Of a stretch of DNA of 64,000 bases, positions 48,360 through 62,290 are shown one piece after another; within the stretch, counting starts at the first letter, position 1; every line of letters starts with the position of its first letter. Made by a program: the position numbers and the translations under genes. Origin of the DNA: Geosiphon pyriformis uo1 (taxonomy: Eukaryota; Fungi; Glomeromycota); NCBI GenBank assembly GCA_016748015.1, contig JAAOMT010000441.1, forward strand, positions 62,001 through 126,000, given 5' to 3'. The notes below the pieces were generated by a model. That model worked only from the letters and a program-made list of their open reading frames with translations, did no database searches and was not told the DNA's origin.

Positions 48360-51300
48360 TTTTTTATTACAGATTTAACAAGTGAAGTCCAACCACTATC
48401 TAGTACATAGAATCAAACTAAGTAGAACCAACTAAACACAGCTTACATACAGACTACATATGACCAGCCACTTAGGCCAAACAAAACAATACTACACACC
48501 TATATTAACATAAGCATTACCATTTAAACCAGAGAAAAAATAACACAATTTGCCTCTACCAAACCTAACAGCAAAAGATTCTATAACACCAAGCATATAA
48601 ATAATACTAGCTGACAACCTAGAAACTACATAGTCAGACAAACCAGACTATTATCCCCAACCAAACCAGCTTTTTCTATATCCATTCTATGTTTGGCCCT
48701 AACAGTCCATACTTTAGTGTGATACAATTCTACCACAAATCTGATATATTCTACAAGGGCTAGAGTAGTTTTTTTTTGCTTCTTAAAAACTAAAACAGCT
48801 TCAGCATACAAATCTCTTACCACAAACCTCTTGCAAACTGCTATATAAAGACCTATATCCGAAGAACACAATGAAAGCAAATGCAAAACAGCAGATATAA
48901 ATAAATACATAAGACCAGACATTAACATTCATTTCTTAGTAGCTTTAACCAAAATGTTCCTGTGGAGACCAGAGTTATCAGAACAAATAAAAACATGATC
49001 AGACAACTCCATTTTGCCATACAGTAAGCACAACACTCCAGAATAACTTTTGTTATACAATCTCTTCTTAACTGCAACCAGCAGCTGTCTGTAAACAGTC
49101 TTTATCAAGTATGTGCACAAATTGGCTGACTTTCTACTGGTGAATTCAGAAAGCATATGTGAATTAGGATACCAGATTGTTGCAGTAGCCCCCCAATCTA
49201 TTTTCTTAATCATAACATCTGGAATTACATCAAAACCTAAACCAGCTTCCCAATAGGCATAACATATCAACCAATATAAGTTTCAAACAAAATAACAAGC
49301 ATTGCCAGATATAGCAGTTTTCTCAGTGACCAAAAATCTTTTCTGAATTCTCACCAGCATAGAAAGAAATGAGGAAGTTGCCTCATTAACCAATGCATCA
49401 GCCTTAACATTGCCCAACACATCTGAATGACTCTTAACTTTTACCCATTTAATAGAAATATTTTTACTTTCAAAAAGATTGTTTATATGCAATTTTTTGA
49501 TCTAACATTGGTTACAGAAGTTGGGCACAGCAACAGAAGCCTTGGAGATACAGACATCAATCACAGCTTGACTATTCGAGTACAAAACCACCAAGCACGA
49601 AGATGGAACACACTTTAACACTAGCACCATAGCTTACAATTTAGTTAAAGTAGAAGACAAAAGCTCAGCCATTCTAATCCCAATACCAGCATCCACAGCT
49701 GGGAAGTATGCAGTCACTCCACTCACCATTTCAGCAGAACCAGCACATTTTAAGGATCTGTCTGTATAAACTTCAATGCAATCAAACCACATCTCTAGTA
49801 AACTATCACAAACATCAAAAAACCTATCAGAATCTAAAACACTCAGCACATTCTCTCTACTAGCAGAAGTAGTTCTAACTCCCAAAAAAACAGATTTGTT
49901 CATAAAATCAGATGTCAAGAAGAACCAGCAAGGCACTGGGCCTCTTGGGTCCAACTACTTTCAATGACGAAATGTTTTCCAGTCTATTACCTTTCCTTTC
50001 TTATCAAAAATTCTGTTACCAAATGCAACACCAAATCATTTCAACAAAAAAATGAATTTGTAGTACAGGAACTGACCCAAGATGCCAAACATTAGAAAGT
50101 TATCTGATTCATAAAAGGGACAAGACAAATTGTTCATCAATGACAAATTATTTTCCAAAAAAATCTTCACCACTTCAGCTAAAAAATTGTTTACAGGACT
50201 AATACACAACCTAACAGGAAACTGTAAAAGGTTCAGAAAAGACCATCTCAAAACTTGCAAATCCAAAAATCTATGATCAAATAAGTGTTCAAGAATGTTG
50301 CGTCCATTGGAAAATGAGATCAGAGATGCCAACTTCTTTTCAGACTGTACTTGCTTAAAGGGCTTCAAACTATATAAAGAAAGATGGTGTAAAACCTCAC
50401 TGGAAAAGTCACATGATAAACCAGTTTTGGCTCTAAGACCTTTCTTAACCATAATATCCCACTTGTGACACACACCCAAAGATATAAAACTGAATTGAAT
50501 ATAATAGCTAACAATGAGTTGTAAGACCGCTAATACCAAATAACAGAACTGCTTGTCCATAATGGCCTTCTTCGACATTATATTAGAAAAAAATCTGACA
50601 TTCACATGAGTTTAAGCTATACTGGGCTTAGAAAGATCCTCAGTTGATAGAAAAATGCCCAAATACCAGTGTAATTCATCTTTTTTAGCAATTGAAATCA
50701 GTGATCTGTTGATCAACAGTGAAGTATCTTTAATTCCTTGATTAATAAGAATAGCTACTATTTTATCACTATTAATTGAAATGTCATTAATTACAAAAAA
50801 CTCACTTGCAATATTCAAAATATACTGCATAGATGCATAACTACTACCAACCCAAATTGTATTATCAATGAAAGCACCAGCAGCCAAAAAAAAAGTCTTT
50901 TTACCACTTACTTTAATTCTGCCAAACTTTACCACAAACCTAAAATCAATTCTGTACCCACATAAATGCTTATGTCTTTTTACCTCACACAAAAGTGAAT
51001 CATAAAAGATTCTCCAAAGTAGTAGAGAAAAGACTTCTCTCTGATCCAACTTATCATGCATCTTGTAGCCTGTTGATAGTCCAAAGTCTGTTATTACCCT
51101 GTTGACCCAGTTCTCATGAATGTGACCAAAAAATTTTATAAAATATTCACATATTTTGATGTGATACAAACTTGCTCGCAAATGATGCCAGCCCACTGAA
51201 TTATAAGCTTTGTGCATATTCTGCAGTATCAACCAAAGCTCTCTGTTTTTTTCCAGAGCATTTTCAATAACTGATCCAATAACAAAAATAGGAGACTGGG

Positions 51301-54300
51301 TTGATGTACCCTTCAACACCAAAAAATTGTCACCACAAAAAACATTGAACTTGCTACAAGCCAAAGATATCCGATCAAAAAGAATCTTAGAAAGTATTTT
51401 ACATGCAGTATCAATTAATGCAATAGGTCTAGTATTTGTTAAAATACCATTCCATTCGTAAGGTTTCGGAATCATTGAAATCTATGCTTTCTTTTAGAGA
51501 TCAGCAACTGCACTCTGACTCAAACACAAATTTAACAGTCCCAACAGACAGTTCAAAACCTCCTTACTACAATGCTTTCAAAGCTTGTTAGGTATTCCTG
51601 ACAACCCAACTGCCTTATCATTTGGCAAGTTACCAACAACCAAAGACAATTTTTCCATACCAATTTTATTTATTACATCAGAGAAAGTACTACCATTAAC
51701 ATAATCTAGAGACATATATTGTCGAAACCAAAGATCAGGTATTTTTGGAAGAACTGACCACTTTTTTGTCCACCCTTTTATAATCTCATCAACCTTAAGC
51801 TTTACTTCATCAGACTCAAACACCAGCTTATCTTCTACTACCAAGTAATCCAAAACCACTTTGTAAAATAGATGTTCTAAAATGCTCTTTATCATCTTTC
51901 TTTTGTCAGAACAAAATTTTTCCATACACTAATCAATTGCTTTTTTTATAATAATATTCTTAGCAACCTTAAACTCACAATACTTAGATCTCCAATACTT
52001 TTTCTTTATTACTAATAAATGTTTAACCAAATCTATTGAGTTCACACCAGCCAAAACCATGCCATTAATCTTGAAAGCTTCAACTTCATCAATAGCCAAC
52101 CAAACCTTAACAAGATGGTTGAAATCCAATAAATTATCAGAATTCCAATATTTCACAATCTTTGCAACAAGCAGTTCCAATTTAAAGAATTTTGAAGATT
52201 GTTTATTCCTTAAACAGTTATACTTACTATATCAAATCTTAGAGAAAACTTTATTGGCAGCTTGTACTATGGTTTCTTCCAATATTCTCCACATCATATT
52301 TAAGTTACTATTGTTTCTTACTTCCTCAAACATGTCTGATCTAACCAACAACTCAGCAAATGAATGGTCTTTAAAGCTTAATCATTGAATGTTATCCACA
52401 TCTTTTATTTTAAACTTCCACTGATTTCGGTTGGCTTGTTTGCAAATGTTAATAAGACAGGCATCTAGTAGTCCACTTAAACCAACTAAAACTGAAACTG
52501 ATTTATAATCTGTATTAAAAAACTCAGACATATCATCAACTTTATACAATACAATAGCGGATGCCAAATTCTCACTCATTAGAATAAAATCAATTACCCT
52601 CTCAACACCTCTAGAATTGCTCCAAGTAGGAGATTTGGTCAGTAAATATCTAACAAAGATGTTAACCAAGCCCAACCCCAAACAGAACTTGAAATTCACA
52701 CTTTTCTGAAAACTGTTTTCATTAAAATCACCATCCAAAATCACAAAAAAGCTGGAATTAATGGCTTTAAAGACCATAAAATTGATATCAGCAGCTTGAC
52801 CAAAATGTGTGCCAATAAATGCACCAGCATACAGACCCAAGATTGTAACTGAAAGCTTGTTTTTGAACAAAAGACACACAGAAATCAAATGACCAAGAAT
52901 CTCCTCCACTTTCAATATATGCCAAGCTAAAAAAGTGTCCATAATTATAGCAACTCCAGCACCACAAAACCCAACATCCAAACCAGTAGTAAAAACCTGA
53001 ATCCTATTAAACTTATTTATAATCTAAGACCTAATATCAGATCTTAATTTTGTCTCAGTAACAATAGAAATCATGTTGCCTGACTTTTTATACCAATAAA
53101 CAATGTCATCCTGTTTAGATAAATTCATTATACCCCTAACATTACATGTAACCACTCTTCAAATGAGCTCACTCATTAATACAAACGACTTGCCAAGGAG
53201 TCTAAATTCACACATAACAGATCTAACTTCCCCAAAATCAAGCCAATGGAAACTTCAAAAGCTACCATCTTAAATTTTAAACTACCAACTTTGAAAGTAA
53301 GAATCTTTGAACTACTTAAACCCAAATCCACAGTCTTGCTCTCAACAATAGAAGATGGAGGAAGAAATAACAGCTGTGAGACATTCAGAACCATATCAGC
53401 ATTTAACACTAACTTGACAAGAGCAGAACCAACTGGAGGTCCAACATTGGGAACAGACACCAGAGGCACCAGCTCCATACCATTCAATCTGCACAATATA
53501 CTTGACACTTGATCAGCTAGCAATTTCAAAAAGCACTTCAGTAAAGCTAGACAATTGTGTATTGAGGAATCAACATGATTAATTAGCATGCTTCTTTTAT
53601 CATGCAAGACACCAGAAGAAGAGAACCCAGATCCAGAACCTGAACCAGAAAGAGAACCACCAGAAGAAGAAGCAAGTGAAACCACCTATGTTCAAGACTT
53701 GCCATCAAAAACAGCAGGATGAAAAATGGGAACACCCTTTTTCACATACAGTTTTGCTAGCTAAAGATAATGCTCTCCAGAAGTGACTCTTTTAACAGAC
53801 TTTGAAGGTTTAGTACTGAGTACAATTGGTGCATCACACTTCACAGAAAAATGACCAAAATGCTCACAATTTCCATAGTAAACCAAATCTAACCTAGTCC
53901 AAAAACATTTAATCTCACCAAATATTGACTCAGTATGATATACAGACTCCAAATTCTCACTAGATCCAAAACCAATTACAGCACAGCGAATTTGATTACT
54001 AGAATTCAATAAACAATTGATAACGCAGATTTTTCTACCAATCCTATCTAAAAAAGTGCCCAAATTATGAGCAGTTGTTTTCACTAGCAGAGTAAACAGC
54101 AAAGCTCTAAATTGATCCCTAGATGCCCAAGTATTGTGATTTTCTACAGCCATAGTCATACACATTAAGTCTTTACCAATTAAAAAGGATTATTTAGTAG
54201 CCAAATGTTTAGTCTAACCTAGTTCAGCAAATTTCATCATAGCTTTTTACCACATTTCAATCAGTTGAATTTTGATTGACTTAATTTTGCCAAATTCAGC

Positions 54301-55130
54301 TAGTGCAGCGACGATCATTTCCTTTGGTGTGTTCATAAGAATTTTTTTGATGATTACAGCCCAATCTGAATGGATTCTTTGTCTTTTGAGATCGCTGTTT
54401 ACATCAATTCCTTTTTCTCTGGCCAATAAAATAGCCTTTTTTATGCTTTTTTCTGAAGTGAAGATAGATCGAATGATTCTCTCAAATTTTAAGGAGGTAG
54501 TGGCCCCCCCAAAACCATTGACTGAAGAAAAAAATTTTCTGATTAACTGAGTTTTTGTCATTGCTAATTTTCCTTCTATAGCTGAGAGATTAATATCCAA
54601 AGCAAATGACTTTTTGACTAACACTTCCACAGGAGTTTTGATGACCTTTGGGTCAATCCACTTTTTTTCAAGAGAGATAAACAAGCAAGGAAGGAGTACA
54701 ACTTCATTATTATCTATATAAAAGTTGGAAGAACTGAGTGGAGAACCAAAAACAACACTAGTGTTAACCCATTTCACCTTAAGTGTAGTAGCAGCTGAAC
54801 CCAAAAAAGACCCATCATTCACACCAGACATGCCAATGTTCTCATCATCATCAGATAAACTATTCACATCAGAATATATATTGTCACCAGACTCAGATTT
54901 ACTAAGAGATATATCTCTTTTATTACTAGAGTGTTTGATATTACCAATAATAACTTTCTTCTTCTGAGAAAATAAACCACCAGCAGAACCATAAAAAGCA
55001 CCCTTAGGTGCCTTCTTCTTAGATGTGGAGCTACTTGCAGTAGCCTTAATATCCACGAAAAATGGGTTATTACTAGGTAAAAAAATGTTGATATAAACTA
55101 AAAACCAAAAGAACTTTTTTTCACAAAAAA
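48360..55130 (-). mobile_element. Near-full-length decayed LINE (copy A): ORF1 (RRM, CCHC) and ORF2 (APE endonuclease, RT, RNase H, zinc finger)
   Basis: ORF1 fragments at 53176-55056; APE ILDGDFNE, TWSNSRG, IDFI, TDYK; RT TRPIALID, GAFIDNTIW; RNase H VYTDRS, WVKVKSHSDVLGNVKADAL; A-rich tail near 48360. Confidence 0.92.
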
Positions 55131-55518
55131 TGCACTTTTTAAGGATTTTTAGAGATAAAAAAGAAAGAAGTATTTGTTTTTTAATAAATTAATTTAACTA
55201 AATTCAGCAAATTTTATTACAGTTTTTTGCTATAATTTAATAAATTACAATTAAATTAATATTATTTAATTAAACTTAAACAAAATTAAAATAATTGTTT
55301 TCTTAAATATATTTATAAAATTTTTTTTAACAATAATATTTTAATCTAATTAAATATTTTGTTTTTTAAGATTATTGTAAAAACATATAAAAAACTCTCT
55401 CTTGTCGATCTCCTGGCCATGACGAGAGCAAAAACTTTATTATAGAAATAATTTCTTCCTTTCTTTCTTACCTTCAGTTTTCGCAGTTATTTCTCTCCTC
55501 TCTGATTTATTTGTTGTT

Positions 55519-57480
55519 ATGGAACTGGCTGGCTTCTTTGCTGGTGGCTCTGGTTTTGAATCAACTGGGTTAGGGTTCCAGTCGGGCAACAAGAAAAAAG
55601 CACGAGTTGAGAGTGTCTATTCTCACAGTTCGTCATATAAGAAAGCTAAGAAACCTGAGATTGCTGTCAGCATTGTGAATTTGTTGGCTGGCTCTTTACC
55701 TGCTGTTTTGTTACATTCTGGTGTTGATGATCAAAAAGTGTTTTGGGGAAGCAAAGTTGAAAATAAGGAATCCAGTATAAGTAAAGTGTTAGATATTAAG
55801 AATTTAAGGAACACAGTGGCTGAAGAGATAAGTTACATCAACTCCAACACTTCTGAGACTGATGATATGGTAGATAATGCTACTCCAAGGAAAATGTGAA
55901 CTAAGACTTACGTCTTAGAGCAGCCACCTAAAATGTCTTCTCTCTATTCTCTGAGTAATAACAATACTGAGTTGGTGCTTCTGGCACCTAAGTTTGTTAG
56001 ATCCAATCAGCTATTGCTTACCAAGTCACATGTTAAGACAAAACGGAGTTTTGAGCCAGTGAGATTGTATGCTTTGAATATTGAGCTTTCATCAGTGTCT
56101 GGAAAAACCAATGGTAATAAGTTAGTTTTTGTCAAAAAAAATTTTTATCAAATTGATGGTTTTGGGGGAAGGGTGTTGACTCCCTCAAAATTTCCTGGGA
56201 TCATCAGATCTTCATTTACTTCAGAATTGAGTTTAAAAAAAGCTAGGGAATTGGCAATTCATGAGAAATTTGTGGCAAATAGTAATGTCAGGCATGTAAA
56301 CAAAATTTCAGATTGGGTAATTGTTGTTAAGGAAATTCTGGTCAATCTTCCCAAATTGGCTGTAGAATCTGTTTTCTCTAAATTTGGAAGAATTGTATCA
56401 ATTAAGATGCAATTGATTGGTTTGTGGCAAAAAGCTTTGGTGAATTTTGAGTTATCAGAGATTGCTGATTTGGTCACAGCTAAATGGTCTGTTTTCATGA
56501 GAAAGAATTCAGTTTGTGTGGCTAAAGCTGTTGAAGATAAACAATCGTGGATTTTCAGGGATCAACATCGGACATTGTTGTACACTCTTCCAGTTAGTAC
56601 AACAGCTCATGATTTTTCAGGTTTACTGGAATCATATGATGAAAAAACTTGTTTCATTGGCTGTAATCCCATGTCGTATGTGCATGATAGATGTGCAATT
56701 ATGTGTTTTGTTGATGAGGCATCCAAATTGGCTGCTATTGGTTCCGCTCCAGTGTTTAAGGGTGTGAATTTGTGTTGGGCTGGCCTTTCTTTGGCCATTT
56801 GTGCTCATTGCAAACAGTTTGGTCATATCTCTGCAGAGTGTTCTTTGGGTGGGAATTCTGGTTTTCATAGCAAGCAGGTGATAACTCCTCAGAATCAGGT
56901 TGGTTTGGCTAATATATATAAGAAAAAGCAAGTGCCAATTGTTTGCCCAGTTTTTTTCGGTGGGAAAACTTGGGCCCAGGTTGCTGGTGGTTCTCTTTTT
57001 TGTAAGGTTTCATTGAATTCTTCTGGTTTTGGTTCATCTTCAGGTGCAAAATCTGTTCCATTGGTCTCTGATTCATGTGACAATTTCTGTTTGGCTGAGC
57101 AGATGGCTTCTCTGGAACACTCTTTGGAGCTTTTAGCAGACCAGGTTTCAGATATTTTGAAAAAATTGAGTTTTGTAGATTTGGCGCCTCTGATGTCCAG
57201 TCCCTATGTGTCTCCTCCAGTTGTTGTTGCATCTATTACTGCTAATATGGATTCGAATATGGCTCTTGATGTTGAGACGGTGTTTTTTCTTCCCCCTCTT
57301 TCAGCTGCTGCTGATTCGGTTGTTGACCTAAGCTCAAGTAGTTTTAGAGTTTTGACCACCAAGGTGGGTAGATTGGAGTTCAAGATGGTGGCTTTAGAAG
57401 TGTTAGTGGAATCTGTTTTGGAGAGGTTAAATTGTTTGTGTTCAGATTTGGGTTCATTGGCTTTGTTTTCTTCTCAATGA
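55519..57480 (+). pseudogene. LINE B ORF1 (RRM-like domains, CCHC knuckle, coiled coil)
   Basis: VIVVKEILVNLPKLAVESVFSKFGRIVSIKMQL...KALVNF (RRM-like) and CAHCKQFGHISAEC; one internal TGA at 55897. Confidence 0.85.
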
Positions 57481-60400
57481 GTGATCTTGTTTGAAAAATT
57501 GCAATATGTAATATAAGGGGCTTAAATAACTCAGCCAAACAGGCTAATATTATTTGATGGCACAACGATATGAAAAATCTGGTTTCAATTTTCACTGAGA
57601 CAAAACTTAAGAGTAATATTTGCCTGTGGATAATCAACAAATTTGATGGGGTTCGGGTGTTCATGTCTGGTCTGAATTTTAGTTACATGGGTTCTGAAAT
57701 TGCTATTGTAATGAACAACTCTTTAGCAAAGCATGTTTACAAAGTTTCTGAAGTGCTTGGTTGGCTCTTGTCTATTAAGCTGCTGTTCAGGAATAAACTT
57801 TCTGTGTTAATTTTGGGTCTTTATGCTGGTGTTTCTGCATCAGTTTGGTTTTTTCAAGCTGGTAAAATCAACTCTCTCATTGTAAAGGCTGTTAATGAGT
57901 CTTCTTTTGTTGTTCTCAGTGGTGACTTTAATGAGGACAGGTTTCAAAAGTGTGCTAGTTTTAAAAAATGCTTTAATTTGGGCTTAATGAATTCTCTAAA
58001 TGGGAGCCCAGCTGCAAAAACATTCACTTGGTGCAATTTTCATGGTGTTTTAAAAATGATTGATTATGTGTTTGTTTCCTCAAATCTGGTTAATGCTGTT
58101 GTGGATTGTAGTGTAGCTGATGTTGTGAACCATTTCGATACTGATCACATGACTGTTTCTGTTTCTGTGAGTTTGGGTGGTTTGCTTGATGTCTAATTGA
58201 ACTCACTGTGCAAACAAGCAAATAAGAACTGTTGGAAATTTGATGTCAAAAATATGAATGATACCAAAAGGTGTGAGTTTAATGCAGCTATGATGGCTAA
58301 TGCTGCCATGTTTTTGGATGATTTCTCTTTGGCCAGTAAGTTTTCGGATCTGGGACATTGTTCACAAGATTGTGGTTCTCTCAGCAAATGGAATATTCAA
58401 GAAAAAGTGGTTCAAGGGTTTTGAAAGTGTTTTTATCAAGGTGTCTTCCAAGTTTCACAAGCTAGAATTGCTAGTTTCTAAATTGGTTAAGGCTTTGCAT
58501 TTGGTCTCTAGTGATGTTTTTGCTTCTTTGTTGGAGGTGTGGAACAAGTTTGATTCTACTGGTGCATTAGCAGTGAGGTTTCTCTTTTTCTCAGGTTCTG
58601 ACTTTGGTCTTATTCGATCTGCACTGGCCAAGGCAAGAAAGTTGTACTGCTCTTCCAAATTGCTGGAATCTAGGTGTGCTGAGGAGTTCTCTATCAAGCA
58701 GACTATTAATAGAAGAATGGAAAGTTTCGAGTTGAACAAAAGCCACACCATCAGGAGTGTGTTGGAGCATTCTTTTCGCGAAGTGGTTTTAAACCATTTG
58801 GTTGTGGATGACAAGCTGGTTCTGGAGCCTGAGTTGGTCAAGTCTAAGGTGGATGTGATAATAGAGAAATGGACTAGGAAGCATAAGGTGGTGACTGATA
58901 TCTCAAATAATTGGATTCATCAATACCAGCTCTTGGATTATGTTTTTGATGGTGCTTTTTTTGACATTATGAGCATGATTGGTTTTGATGAGATGTTTGC
59001 TGTAGTATCAAGTCTGCCTGATGAGAAAGCAGCTGGCCTTTCTGGCATCTCAAATGAATTATAGAAGTGCTGTGACAAGTCAGTTTTAGATATGCTTTTG
59101 GTGCTTTTAAATTGTTGTTTGGTTCATGAGTCTGTTTCTGGTTCTTGGAAAGAAGTCTGGGTCTCAATGATTCCTAAACCATATGAGTGGGAGAGTGTTC
59201 TTACAAACACCCATCTCATTGCATTAATAGAAACGGCCCGCAAAATTCTTTCCAAGATTCTCTCAGACAGAATTTTCTCAGCTTGCAGCACGTTTGATAT
59301 TCTTTGTGGAGACAACTTTTCTGTCTTGAAAGGTACATCGACACAATCTCCCATTTTTGCCATAAATTCTGTGATTGAGGATGCTTTAGAAAAAACCATA
59401 AGCTGTGGCTGGTGTTACAAGACATGTGTAAGGCCTATGATTTTGTTGGGTGAGTTCATCTCAAGAGAAGCTTAGTTGGGATCAAAATGTGTGGCAGGTT
59501 CATTAGATTTTTTGGTGGGATTCACAATGGTTATGTTAACAGAGTAATAACAGACTTTGGTTTAATTGATGAGTATTATGTTCATGACAGTTTGGATCAG
59601 GGGGAGGTTTTTTTGTCTCTTCTCTGGCACATTTTCTATGATTCACTTTTGTGTGAGGTTAAGAGACAAAAGAGTATATGTGGGTACAAATTGAATTCTT
59701 ATTTTGTTTCCAAGAATGGCCGGGTAGAGTTTTGTGCTGGATTAACATCATTTTTTGCTACAGGTGCTTTTGTTGATAATATCATTTGGGTTGGTAATAA
59801 TCAGGCTGCTACATAACACATTCTCGACATTGCTAGTAAATTTTTTAGATTTAATGACATTTCCATAAACAATGACAAAACTGTGGTCATTCCTATTAAT
59901 TGTTAGGTGACATCCCCCCATTTAACTATCAGTGGCACAACAATTTTTATCACAAAGAAAGGTGAACCTTACTGTTATCTGAGTATTTTTTTATCAACTG
60001 AGGGTTTGTTGAAGTCTAGTTTGGCTAAGGCTTATTTGGATGTGTGGTTTTTTGTTAATCTTGTTCTGAGAAAAGCTATCTCAGATAAGCAGTTTGCTTA
60101 TTTGGTGTTGGCAGTCCTGTTTCCAATTATCGGCTACAGGACTCAGTTTAGTTATGTTCATCTCAGTGTATGTAATAAGTGGAATGCTCTGATCCACAAA
60201 TGTTTAAAATCTAAATCTGGTCTCTTTCATGACTTCTCCAGTGATGCACTTTATTATCCTTCCCTATACAATTTGAAATCTTTTGAGCAAATTCAGGCTG
60301 AAAGCAAATCTGCTTCTACAGTTTTTTTTGCAAATTCAGCTGGAATTTTGGGTCAATTGTTCTTTTACAGATCTCATGATCTTTAAGTTCTTAGCTGGAA

Positions 60401-62153
60401 CCCTCGTTATCCTTTATAATTTCCAGCTTGTGTTAAAGTGGATTTTTTGAACAATTTTTTGGCTGGTATGGTCTGTATTTTTTCTGGATGTAATTTGTTT
60501 TTGAGTGGCTCTCTGGTCAGTGCTTTTTGTCTCCGTGGTAGTACTCTTTTGTTTTTTGTTTTTGGTGAGCCTGTTTATTGTAAATATGTTACTTCTCTTC
60601 AGTGTTATGGAGTTGCTTTCATGGAGCAATTGCGTGACTGGAATGGTGTTGTTTTTAATTGGAAGATGTTCAAACATTGGAAGCAGTTGAATCTTTGTGG
60701 CCCAGTTTCTTTGTGGTTTAAGTTATCAGTTTGCTTTCTTGTTGGGGTGGATTCTTCATCTGTTTATCCTTAGCTTTTGGATGACTGCTTCTCTTCTAAC
60801 ATTTTTCAGTCTGAGGGGTTTGGTGTTGTTAGTAATAGTCTCTTAAATGTTGATGCTAGTAATCTGTCTGTGTATATGGATGAGTCTCTTAGTGGGTTGG
60901 AGACTTTAGGTATAAAAGCTGGTACTGCTGTTTTTTTTGAGGATGTGGATTTAAGTTTGGGTGTGGGGGTGTCTGGTTTGGTTTCTTTAATCATGACAGA
61001 GTTGCAGGCCATTGCTTTGGCTCTTGAGTGTATTCCTTTTTTTTGTCATGTGAATTTGTTCTCAGATAGTCAGGCTGCTTTGAATGCATGCAAGATAGAA
61101 TCTGTATTGGTTTGCCTGGATTTTAGAAATTGGTGTTGGATCAAATGTCGCCACATCTTGGATGTTATCCATCATAAAAATTTAGTTGTTAATTGGGTCA
61201 AAGTTAAAGGTCACTCAGGTGTTTTGAACAATAAGCATACTGACAAACTGGCTAAGGATGCTGCATCTTCGAATTGGTTTTTGTCTCACTTGGTTGGCGA
61301 GCATTTTCTGAGGGCAGGTGGAACTACAGTTTCTGGTAACTCTAGGCACTTTGTTTATGATGTTTTTAGGTTTGTTCATCGAGCACATTATGAAGTTGGT
61401 TCTGGTTTACAGGTTATGACAGACAGCTTGCGTGCTGATATTGATTGGTACAAATCATCTTTGGTTTGGCACCCGGATTCTCACTTAGCTGCTGGTTTTA
61501 CTAGCGTGTGGACTGTTGACGTCTGGACATATTTCATGAAGGTTTTCTATCATCAGCTTCCTGTTGCTGTGCATAAATGACTCTATAATAAGTGTTATCC
61601 CAGTGTTGTATATTTGTTCTGTGGTAATGTTGAAGTCTCAGACCACATCTTTTCTTGTCCTTTCGATACTGCTGCACATGCTCAGCTGTTGAATGTTCAT
61701 GCTTCTGCTTGGTTGGTGTATTCTGGCTTGTCTCATTCTTTTTCGTGCATTGTACAATTGTTGGCTACTTGTGTTACTGACATGCAAGTTGGCTTTGCTC
61801 TGTGTAAAGGTTTTGTTTTCAAAGAATGATACCATGAATCTGTTGTTGTTTTCAAGGACTCGAACATTGCAAGTCTCAATATTGTGAGTTTTGTGCGTGA
61901 GTTTTGTCTTGCTTTCCGGAAGAATATTTGGTTGGTTTGCACCAAACACCAGGCTTTTATGGAGAAGAAAAATCTAATTTCATGTGATAGTTCTATTCCC
62001 AGTTCAGTTGCTGGCTTTTCTTCAGTGTTTTTGGCTGGTGTGATTAAGTTATTGGAAATTGCAGATGCTTTGGGTGTTGGCTTTGGGTTTCGTAAATCTT
62101 GTTTGTTTTTTTCTGGTATTGGGGACTTGGTCTCTATTAATATAAGTGTATAG
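57477..62153 (+). pseudogene. LINE B ORF2 (APE-RT-RNase H-C-terminal zinc finger)
   Basis: CNIRGLN, FTETKL, SGDFNE, IDYVFVS, TDH; MIPKPYEW, QGEVFLSLLW, GAFVDNIIW; VYMDES, TELQAI, FSDSQAAL, VKVKGHSGVLNN; xLFCGNVEVSDHIFSC. Many stops. Confidence 0.9.
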
Positions 62154-62290
62154 TATTGTTCTGATTGACTTGAGTGGCTAGTCATGTGTAGTTAATACAT
62201 GATTCGCACCTAGTTTAGATCATTTATATGATGTATAATACAAGGCCGTGTTTGGACCTCACTTACTAAACATAATAATAATAATAATAA

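Larger units (their letters stand above)
55395..62290 (+). mobile_element. Near-full-length decayed LINE (copy B) with an (ATA)n tail
   Basis: ORF1 55519-57480 and ORF2 57477-62153 with the same domain order as copy A. The 3' UTR ends ...GGACCTCACTTACTAAAC followed by (ATA)n at 62272-62290. Confidence 0.93.

Noticed and set aside
51210-62185. Antisense ORFs over the LINEs (e.g. 52059-52388, 58455-58841, 61733-62185)
   Set aside because: They are reverse-frame shadows of ORF1 and ORF2.
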